From Phoronis australis (lineage: Eukaryota; Animalia; Phoronida): a stretch of 64,000 nucleotides of DNA. Made by a program: the position numbers and the translations under genes. The DNA lies in NCBI GenBank assembly GCA_002633005.1, contig NMRA01000094.1:247170-311169 (forward strand), read 5' to 3'. Positions 54,040-64,000 of this stretch are shown one piece after another (the stretch's first letter is position 1; every line of letters starts with the position of its first letter). The notes under the pieces were generated by a model. That model was not told where the DNA came from and did no database searches. It saw only the letters and a program-made list of their open reading frames with translations.

Positions 54040-55196
54040 GTGAGCACAATTCGTCGTAAGCGGCTGTTGTTATTTATACATTTACAAAGACTTGTGACAT
54101 TTCATTTTTCGGATAAACGTTTGTCATGAGCGGCGCAGCACTGAAAAAACTGGGAGGGCAAAAGCCTCTTCAGCTCCCCGTGTGGTACACCGCCTACAGA
54201 CCATGTGCGGCGTACCACTGAAAAATGAGAGAGCTATAGCCCCCCTCAGCCCTCTATGGTGCGCCACCCTTGTTTGTCTGTTTGTTTATGCCAACATTTT
54301 GCTATGAATAAAGAGCGATGAAAATGGCACCTATTTGAAAGTATCTGTTGTTTAATTTTAATATCTAGCACAAAATATAACGCTCCCATTGGCAAACTGT
54401 CATGACATTTATTTCAGTTAATACATACAACATGGTTTCCTATTTCCGAAGGAGGGTGACCGGTTCATGACATTGTTAGTCGTTGTAGTGCACATATCAG
54501 GCTCTTGGCAATGTTTTAGGCTGTCCGAACATGTTTTCGTTTTATAGCTTAACTAAAATTTTTATGTCAGATTGTAAATGACACGTTTGGAATTGCGCAA
54601 ACAAAATTTTACCATTAGAATATCTTAAATATGTATTTTAGACCATCACACCAGATTTTTAAAACATGCCAACATTTACCGAAAACTCACCCAAGGGCAT
54701 AATTTTGCAAATTAATTTTTCAGAAAAAACGTCCATGGGCGTACTTTTTGGTCGACGAGTTACTTTCGTAAATTCCAGGTATCCGGATGACTAATCTATA
54801 AGATGGTGAACCGGAACGACTCATGTTACGTTTATTTTCTCATCCGGTATAAGTTTAGAAATACATTCCAAGTTGGAAAAAAGTTGGAATTTACTGATAC
54901 AGATTTATGCAGTTTCGACTGTGAGTAGTTGATTTTAAGGTTATCTTCAAAAAGTTGTTACGTTTTTTGTGATCCACAAATTATACCGGTGAACACGTCA
55001 CTCATTTTTGTTTCGTGATTGAATATTTTTCAGTTGTTGTTCTGGCTAGGGGATTCTGAAAAGGTGAACATAATCACTTCTGTACGCGGTCAGATTTTGT
55101 TGCCTGGTCAAACACTGAAATAGGAGTATCTAACAATCCTGGTCAAAATGATCTTTGTCCTGAAGATGTGCCTGAAACAGTGGAATGTGTTAGTTG

Positions 55197-55477
55197 NNNN
55201 NNNNNNNNNNNNNNNNNNNNNNNNNNNNNNNNNNNNNNNNNNNNNNNNNNNNNNNNNNNNNNNNNNNNNNNNNNNNNNNNNNNNNNNNNNNNNNNNNNNN
55301 NNNNNNNNNNNNNNNNNNNNNNNNNNNNNNNNNNNNNNNNNNNNNNNNNNNNNNNNNNNNNNNNNNNNNNNNNNNNNNNNNNNNNNNNNNNNNNNNNNNN
55401 NNNNNNNNNNNNNNNNNNNNNNNNNNNNNNNNNNNNNNNNNNNNNNNNNNNNNNNNNNNNNNNNNNNNNNNNNNNNN

Positions 55478-55545
<68 letters not shown>

Positions 55546-55546
55546 A
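55197..55546. repeat. Assembly gap followed by a (CTG)n microsatellite
   Basis: N run at 55197-55477, then about 22 CTG units. Confidence 0.98.
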
Positions 55547-57007
55547 CCGTGTTGCAGCACCATTAGTGGGCGGTCTATACAGAATTGTGCTTTTAGGCCT
55601 ATGCGAAACATAGACGCATGCGCAACTATGCGAACCACTTGTGTAAAAACTTGAAAGGCAGCGAACTAAAGACATAATTCGGACATAGGCCAATGGCCTA
55701 AGCTCGACCAAACACCGTTGGCAGTAATGCAAAACTATATACCAAATTTCTTGAAAATACACCGGCAGACTTAAGGAGGCAAAAATAAATAAGAAGCAAA
55801 GCATTGTCGAATGCGCTGATGTACGATTAATGTCGAGCCCTATGCAGTGGACATTACCTCCAGGTAGTGAGTCTCAGATAACTGGTCGCTTTTGTAAATT
55901 TTATGTCGCAGCTGAATTTCTTTTACGTGCTGATGATTATGGGACTTTTTAGTTGACGTAAATAAAGAATATAGTATATCGAAGCAATCCATAAAGCTTT
56001 TTATCCCATCCACTTACTTTGATTCCGTCCATTTAAGGAAGAAAATAGCAAAAAAATGATGGGACCAGGCTGTCGCAAACACATGAGTTGTTAAACAAGC
56101 GCACACAATATCACGTCGACACTTCTTTAGTGAATGCTTACTCACACTAGCATTGAACATGAAGTTGTTTTCATTATATTAGAACCTGCCTTTACTATGT
56201 ATTTCATCACAGCAGATTTCTCAGCAGATTTTCTACTGTCGCAAAAATGAAGTCAGGTACGTTAACAAACTTTCATGCAATCGACACAAACCAATAACTT
56301 GCTTGATACTAGTTACAAAATTATAGAAAGTATCTCCAGACTTATGTAACTCAACAACAGTAAACGTGAAATGTTACCTTGAGAAAGTTAAAAAAATGCA
56401 CGATCAGAAGAAATTCCCAAATTCAATCTGTTTCGATGAAAGTTGTCAAGTACGTGAACTATTCACTGAAACGCATGGTTCACTCGTACTGTTGGTGTCA
56501 CGGTTTAGTTTTTTTTATTCATTGGTACTAATATCACTTTGGGTTAAGCTATAGCCAGTAAAGTAAATGTTTACCATACAACAGTTGATTGAGAACTTTA
56601 AAAAAAGTGACCGTCAAGTACGTTAAAGTCAGGGACGTGAACAACAATTCAATTCAAGGCGCCACATACATTACAATCAGAGACCGAAGAGCGTCTTTGT
56701 TATAATCGCTTACGCTCTTGTCGCTTTGCTGAAAATAGGCGCACGCGCATACACACTGTTGTTTATACGTGTAGGAAGCACATCACTCTGCCACTCTTAT
56801 TGATCACTGCGCGGGAAGCGTCGTCTGCTTAAACGTCTCACGCTAAGAATCAGTCAAACATAATCGAGGTAAGAATAGCATTTGGCTCTACAAAACTATT
56901 ACAATTGTTAGTTATTATATATAACACAAATATTTTAAACAATTGATAAAAATAAATATGTGACAATTATGTAAGCACCATTTAACTTACATGACTCGTT
57001 TGTTAAC

Positions 57008-57177
57008 ATCGTGTTCAATTCAACGTTTCGTCTTGTCATTAGACATCATCAGGATCATATATACAACAATTTAGGACAACAAGTGCCAACATACAGCTGT
57101 ATGAACTTTATTATTTGTGCGGCGATCGTCCGGTTTTTAATCTTATTGTGGCCAAAAACTGATTTAATTAACAATAT
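57008..57177 (-). mobile_element. 170-bp insertion with hammerhead-like motif (Penelope terminal fragment or retrozyme-like)
   Basis: 12-bp TSD tcgtttgttaac at 56996-57007 and 57178-57189; minus strand reads CTGATGA-tgtct-aatgaca-agac-GAAA-cgtt (~57021-57053). Confidence 0.65.
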
Positions 57178-57208
57178 TCGTTTGTTAACGTACCTGACAT
57201 ATTTACAG

Positions 57209-59100
57209 ATGGGCAAAACAAGGGCCCAGTACCAAGAAGAGTAGAGAGACAATGAACGACAAAGATCTTTTCAAAAAGATAAGGCAACGAACCAAACAAT
57301 ACAAACTTCCTATTACTGCTCTAAGCAAAGCAAAACAGTGTGAATTAAGAAAGAGAAAAAAAAATTGGAAAAGAAAAAGGAGGGAAAACATTAAGAATCG
57401 TACACAACAATCGAAACAAAATGAACAAGAAAATATAAACAGCAGTGGCGAGGGAACGCCCTTTGAAAGTTCAACAACAAGAACAGGGCCTGGGTGCTAA
57501 TCAATTATAGTTCGAACAAAGAAAAAGATCACAGAAAAGGTCTGTGAACAGCTGTCAGAAAAATAAGTACACTGGAAGAAAAATTAATCAAACTCACGAA
57601 AGAGAACAAAAAACTTCGAAAGCGAAATGAAAGAATTACAAAAGCAAACCAGCAGTCAACCAAACAAAGTACATTATCAAATGAACAGGGCAAATGGCAC
57701 ACCAAAATCAAAGTCAAATGCAGATATACGCGAACTCGGGCTTACACCTAAAAAGGTTCCTAAACGCATTAAAAAAGCTGGTTATGGCAAACGCTATGAA
57801 TGCTGAGATCAAATTGTCAAAACAGAAAAACACAACGCAAAAGAAAAGGCGAGTGATCGCAAATGTCGTCAGCGGGAGCTTTATAAGAAAATACAGATGC
57901 ATTGAAATGATGAGCAAGGAATCGGACATGGTCCGCTGTGTATTGAAATGTTGAGCAAGGAATCAGGCATGGTCCGCAGTGTATTGAAATGATGAGCAAG
58001 GAATCGGGCATGGTCCACAGTGTATTGAAAAGTGCTAGAACAAAAAGAACCATTGCTGTGTCCAGAAAGAGAAAATTTGCTGAAAGTCGAGTATCGGACC
58101 AAGAAACGTTTAGTCAACTTGGAAAGAGATGACAACAGCGTGAATATACCTGGGAGGAATGACTGCAACAAAACAGAAATCGAGACCAAAAGTGAAAAAC
58201 ACCAAACACGTGTATTAAATGATTGCTTGACCAACTTACATGAAAAGTTTACACCAGAAAATCCATACATTAAAATTTCCAAAGCTGTCTTTTGCCACCT
58301 TCGTCCCAAATACATTTTAGCCTTCCCACTAAACTGAGAACTAGAAATAGAAATAGCTGTCTCTGTAGCAAACATCAAAATTTCGCTATGAAGCTGAAAT
58401 GTCTGCGGTCTCTTGGAATAGAAATTTCGCCAAATCGTGAAGCAGTGAGCAAGGTAACTGAAGACCAAATGAGGGAAATGGTAGAGTACGGAGCTTTGCA
58501 GGACAATACGTAGAATTTGAAGAATGGGTATGAGTAGAAGTAGACGGGAAAAAGAAAATGAAGGTAGTGAAAACAAGCATGGCACAAAACGAATTTAAAA
58601 CCCAAATGCAGTACAAAGAATTCTTGCAACATGTTTCCAGTGTTAAAACTCAACACAAGGCTATCCGAGATCTACCACAAAATGAAATGCTTGTACACAT
58701 GGATTTCGCAGAAAATGTCACATGTAGCAACGCGGATGAAATACAAAGTGTTTACTCAGTGGAACAGTACAGCAGTCACCGTCCACCCTGTCGTATTCTA
58801 TAGAAAGGAAGAACTGGAACAAACCATAACTCCATCGCTGTACACACAATCCTCAAGAAGCTTGTGCTAGAACTGAAAACCCTCTGCCCGAATTGAAAGT
58901 AATTCACTACTGGACAGACACTCCATCGTCCCAAGACAGAAACAAATCATAATCACACAGACGTCTTCAACGTAAAAGCCAGGTGGAATTACTTTGAAGC
59001 TGGCCATGGTAAGGGGCCCTGCGATGGCCTAGGTGGGGTTGCCAAACGCCAGACCTCAGGAGCTATTGCAATGTGGCGTGCGACGTCACAAGGGGCAATT
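57209..59100 (+). mobile_element. Degenerate Sola2-type DNA transposase pseudogene
   Basis: Fragments ...SCLCSKHQN, HMDFAEN, EIQS.., HPVV.Y, IHYWTD.PSSQ.RNK, WNYFEAGHGKGPCDGLGGVAKR; many stops and frameshifts; internal 41-bp triplication at ~57897-58030. Element ends not resolved. Confidence 0.8.
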
Positions 59101-59881
59101 GAAGTCAGGGAGGGAGTTAGTTGCTTAATTAGTTATGAGATGGAAATTTGGACAATTTTAATTAACGTACCTGACATCACAAAGACGATGTGACTCCTCA
59201 AGTATAAAGGTATAATCTTGAAATGGAGCCGCTGTTATTTTAAGTTGTGTCTGATGTTGATGATGAAATAAATTAAGTAAAACGTGTAATGGCTTGTGGA
59301 GAGAGGAGTGAAGAAGACGTCTTTACTTGAACACTACTTTATTGCGGACTGACTAACTACTGTTCAACAACATGTTTTTGCAATACACAAGACCACATGC
59401 ATATGAGTCACATTTCATAGAACTGTTTGGCAAGACTTATATAATAAACCATTCTAACTAATCGTGCCATATAAGGCAAGTGTAGTTCCAGTACAAATCA
59501 CAATACTATTACAAAACGTATAACTTTATTTTTGCATCTTTCTTAATCTGAAAATGTCCTGTTATGTGCTTATATGCAAAACGAAGGCGCATGTCACCAA
59601 TATAAAGCAAAAGCGAGTCCTGGAGCTATGCAAAAATGTACATTTTCATGGAGCTCAAGATCATGCGAGTAAACTGAGAATTCCATGTTCACGTATACAC
59701 GATCTTGAGATCAAGCATTATTTCAAGTTCTAGCACATTAGACCGATGAGCGGAAATTTGTAAAACGAGGTCAAAACAGAACGGAAGTGCATTTGCTTTG
59801 TTGTTTTCCGAGTCTGTCATGTTCACCACATTGCACATTGTCGAAGTTCTTTGCTACCTCATTGACCTATGAGTATTCAGA

Positions 59882-59940
59882 ATGGCTGAGGATTTTGAAG
59901 TAGCAACACTGAATAAACTAGAGCATGTCAAGAACATTAG
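59882..59940 (+). CDS. ZC4H2: ZC4H2 coding exon 1
   Basis: MAEDFEVATLNKLEHVKNI(R) resembles vertebrate MADEQEIMCKLESIKEIR; phase-2 donor AG|gtgaga; ETS-like cggaagtg upstream at ~59782. Confidence 0.85.
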
Positions 59941-62219
59941 GTGAGACTACTTTATATTTGTTTTATAAGCGGTCCGCTGTGCCGTGTTGAGCTAGTGTAC
60001 GACTAACGGGAAATCGGGAGCGTCCAGCACCGATCTACTACTAATTCATTTTTGAACCGTGGTGACATCTTACAAAGAGAGAAACAATTGTGTGTTGGTC
60101 AATGTCGTCATATTGTAAACAATTACCACGGTTTATTCAACACACATATTACTACAAACTTACTTATACACAATAAATCCTAGTCCTAGTTCTAAGACAG
60201 TGCCCAACGCCTCGACTTAGCAGTAGAGGCGGTGATGCTCCCATAGGGCCTTCACAGTACGCCAGAAGCTTTTCGGTGAATTATACCGCACACTGATTAA
60301 ACTATCCAGGGATATTCCTGGAACACACCATTATCGCATAATAATGAAAAGGCGCAAGTAGCTTTGTGCCCCTCAGTGTGCCCCCTAGGCACATCTTTTA
60401 AAACGCAACACTCTTCCAAAAAGTTTCAAGATTCTACTCAACTTATATCCAGTCAGGTAATATATAAGTTGCAAATTTCACTAAAATGAGACCAAGTTAA
60501 CAGGCCGTTTAGGTTTTCCAATTTTTGATTGTAAATTACCATTGAAATGAAACTTTTACATGCACATGACTCTGTTCTTATTTCGATTGCCCGTGGGGTT
60601 TCCGACTTTATTACCACTTTAATTATACTAGGTCTGCTGGGCACAACTTTTTGAAAAAAGGCACACTTTTTATCGTCAGGTGTGCTCAAAGGGCACTAGT
60701 TCAAACCTGGTCAGGAATATCTCTGACCATCAATATAAGTACCTTTTGCACACAAAGGGACACCTTAGGAGGCCGTCGACGTCTTTGATTCCTTCCAACT
60801 CGAACAAATACTCCCATAATCAAACTTTTTTTGAGCAGTCCTTCGTTTCGTTGCCCAATTGACCTATCGCAAGCTCCGCCCCTATGCGAAAAATCACGTG
60901 ATACCCGACATTCGAGCGGGATGTCAGAGGCAAATACACTGTCGCTAAACGACGTTCCTGGTGGAATCGATGAGTCTTTTTGCACTATTTGAAAACGCGT
61001 CGACAGAGACAAGAGGCGATGCTTTTCAACAGAGAATCGTACGTTCATGATATGGGAATTTGTAAAGGTGTCGATGAAAAAATAAGTGCTCGAGGAGCCA
61101 GCAAAAATCCGAAGAACCCCTCGGCCTCGGGGCCACCTTCACCTGACAAATGACAAGGCCACTGATACGATCTGTTCATGTTAAGCTGGGTATGTGCCTT
61201 AAAGTCGAATTATCTGTACGATTTCATAGATTTCATGATCTTTCGAATAAAATTAGTGAAGATTCACCGATATTTTTATTCTGTCTGCCAAATTTCGCCA
61301 AATGAAAAGTAGGTCACAACTGGTGGGACTTCTGGAGTAAAGTAGGTCATAGATTACAGACAGCACATGCACTATAGTCTCTGACTAGGTCGACTCGATA
61401 GCACTGTTTACGCTTTTCTAATCTTGTAACGAAATATTTTGATAAAAAAATTCAGGTTCATAGCTCAGGTACACACTCATCTCGTCCTAGCCACACAGTT
61501 AGCTCCGGTAGGTCTAGGGCTGTGTCTAAGTAAAATTAATGTCTGGAATTCAGTAGCGGATCTAGGATACCATAGGAGGGCCCAACATATGTTGCCTCGT
61601 GGAATTGGTGAAAGTGCGATTGTATGTGCACAGGCGGCCCGAAAGTTGCAGGGGCGAAAAAATGACGGGATATTATTCTGGAGCAGCTTAATGGCTGTCG
61701 GTGCTACACACGTCATATCAACACCGTTTCCCCGTTCTTAGCGGACAATTTCTTGAGCTATAGACTAAAGTAAGTTTTACTCGACTGCGTGTGGTTTGTC
61801 GGGTAAAATGGCGGCTTGGAAACGCAGACGAAGGTGTGCCAAGAATGCTGCGTTCTGATTGGTCAATTAAGCTGTCCATCATAATCCTGGCGATAGGTCA
61901 ATTGTGCAAGGGGCCATTTTTACACTGCGCTTGCTAGATTATATTATTGCACAACATTTTCAGGTTCTGGTCTGTAGCTCACTCATTTTAGAAACCTGAG
62001 CCTGACTACTTAAGAAGACGAAAGCACTCACTTTCAGAGCCAAGCTCTTGAACATTTTGGAAAGCCCTACTAACTCATGCAAACAAGGTTTAAATGCTCT
62101 GACTTGACAAGTGAGGGCCCCTTTCCCTGGTCAGTGGGGTACTGCAGCTGTCAAATTGCTTTGAGTAAAATGAGTTGCGTATAAAGTAAAAGAAAACGCT
62201 TATACATTTGATTCTCCCA

Positions 62220-62357
62220 GGTTGACATTGCAAAGGTTGACATTGCAAAGGTTGACATTGCAAAGGTTGACATTGCAAAGGTTGACATTGCAAAGGTTGA
62301 CATTGCAAAGGTTGACATTGCAAAGGTTGACATTGCAAAGGTTGACATTTCAAAGGT
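62220..62357. repeat. Minisatellite, 15-bp unit x9
   Basis: ggttgacattgcaaa repeated. Confidence 0.95.
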
Positions 62358-62382
62358 GGACAACTATGAAAATACTGTATTA

Positions 62383-62913
62383 GGGCTGTTCCAGCAAAAT
62401 CTGTGTGGGAGGGGGGAAGGCAACTGAAATAAAAATTTATGGGTGGTTGCGTTTGATTTAAATTCAAAATGGCTGGTGGTCGTACTTCAAAAAAATAAAA
62501 ATATACAAGTCGTTGTTGTTTCATTGGGCCATAAATGTTTGATGGTGGGTAATTTTAGTAAATTTTATAAACAATCCGCACAGAATCAAAAACTGAAACA
62601 AAAATGCAACTTGCAAAAAGCTCCGACTTTTTCACTCCCTCCGATCTCCTCATCGGCATGCCCATAACACCAGTTAACCACAGGTGCTCGAATTTCTCGA
62701 TGGCTAATTACCATATATAAGAAACATATGTTTTCTTAGTAATGAATGACGTTAGTGGTGATGGAGGAACAGATAAACTCAAGCGCCTGTGCAGTCAACC
62801 ACAAGAACAAAAAAATTACGGGTGGTAGGCTGAAGAAATAAATGAAAAATATGGGTGGTGGGCGCAAAAAAAGGTGCCTTCCCCTTCCCATACAGATTTT
62901 ACTGGAACAGCCC
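62383..62913. mobile_element. Harbinger/Tourist-like MITE in ZC4H2 intron 1
   Basis: TTA|gggctgttccagcaaaatctgtgtggga...tcccatacagattttactggaacagccc|TTA. Confidence 0.85.
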
Positions 62914-63209
62914 TTATTTTTTCTGCCTTTTTGCCTTTAAATTGAGTTGTTAAATTTCTCTATCCTTTTTGTCTCTGTGAGGATTTGGTAGCTTTCATTT
63001 AGGATTGTTGCCCTGATCCTGATGTCGAGGAGTATCACTTTCACTTTGGGACATAGTTATCAACTCACTGTGTAAAGTGTAGAATACTTGCAGCTAAGAA
63101 CTAATATTTACCAGTGTGTGCAAAGTATGAACACTTCTTACAAAAACTGTTTTCCCTATATTTGCCTTGAATTCAGTCTGTCATCTTATCAACTTTTGTC
63201 ACAAATAAG

Positions 63210-63381
63210 GTTAAAAACTATCCAGCTAGAAAAGCTCAAGTCTCGTCTCAAACATGAGTGTGGTGTAACTGAGACAGAGGAGCGCCACCTGGAGGAGTAT
63301 CGCAGTGAGATGGAGTTGCTTCTGCAAGAGAAGATGGCCCATGTGGAGGAACTCAGACTCATTCACTCGGATCTCAACATG
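63210..63381 (+). CDS. ZC4H2: ZC4H2 coding exon 2
   Basis: [13 protein letters not shown]...[35 protein letters not shown] matches the conserved ZC4H2 coiled coil; aataag|G acceptor in phase 2; ATG|gtaatg donor. Confidence 0.95.
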
Positions 63382-63839
63382 GTAATGGATAGTTATGAAG
63401 TCAGACTCAATTTCTCAGATTTCATTATATGGTAATGAAAAGCTTATCTTATGAACTCACTCATTCAGTCGGATCTCAACTTAGACTTCAACATAGTGAG
63501 GTTCAGGAGTTCAGGCACATTCACACAAACATCACCATGGTAATGGAGATCTTTGAGTTTAGGCTCATTCAGTTAAGCCTTATCATGGTCAGACTCACTG
63601 TCTTAGATTTTCAACAGTGTAACATTGAAGGATCAGTTACCAGTATATACATGCAAGACAGACCAACATCACATTTCAATCAAGTATTGCTTTGTGTTTG
63701 AGATACTCAGGTATTTATAGGATTTCTTTCTATGATTAATGTACTGTTGTGTGACAACTTGACCTGAATTTGATTTTAAATGATTAATAATGGCATGGTA
63801 TATTTTGAATAACTAGTAATTTGCTTGGTATATTTTAAG

Positions 63840-64000
63840 ATGGAGACGACAATCAGACAAGCTGAGGAAGAGAGGAACCGATCTCTGGAGCTGGCCAAGA
63901 GATTGTTTGAAGACTATAAGCCTCTGAAGGAGGACATTGACAAGCTAAGGCAGGAAATAGGTCTGCAGGGACTCGCTGATATCAGCGGCCAAGATGGGAA
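63840..64000 (+). CDS. ZC4H2: ZC4H2 coding exon 3 (truncated by window end)
   Basis: ttttaag|METTIRQAEEERNRSLELAKRLFEDYKPLKEDIDKLRQEIGL resembles vertebrate MENTIKQSE..RLHDEYKPLKEHVDALR. Confidence 0.93.
   Translation, partial: METTIRQAEEERNRSLELAKRLFEDYKPLKEDIDKLRQEIGLQGLADISGQDG

Noticed and set aside
55108-55654. Poly-S/L/A/C ORFs
   Set aside because: Artefacts of an N gap plus the (CTG)n repeat.
57881-58585. 234-aa minus-strand ORF
   Set aside because: Antisense shadow of the Sola2 transposase remnant.
62090-62524. (CQPLQ)n and (MSTFA)n ORFs
   Set aside because: 15-bp minisatellite in ZC4H2 intron 1.

Overview
AT-rich, repeat-dense eukaryotic DNA from a bilaterian invertebrate (inferred from gene content and transposon types), with two assembly gaps at 21099-21587 and 55197-55477. 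Host genes: (1) a single-coding-exon FN3 type-I membrane protein (27125-27811, +); (2) the first three coding exons of a clear ZC4H2 orthologue (59882-64000, +, runs off the window); (3) a multi-exon, apparently decaying gene for an alpha-helical, possibly ARM-like protein on the minus strand (~47500-52551). The rest is nested mobile DNA and minisatellites. Mobile elements include a Penelope-like retroelement lacking its RT core but carrying inverted hammerhead-bearing ends and a 13-bp TSD, a degenerate Sola2-type transposase, Kolobok-like TTAA elements (one with a THAP remnant, one reduced to 57 bp), Harbinger-, hAT-, pogo- and P-like non-autonomous elements, a CR1/L2-clade LINE 3' end and a tRNA-derived SINE. 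There are also Helentron/DINE-like elements whose internal arrays repeat a CTCF-like motif about every 145 bp. All calls come from reading the sequence by eye; no searches were run.
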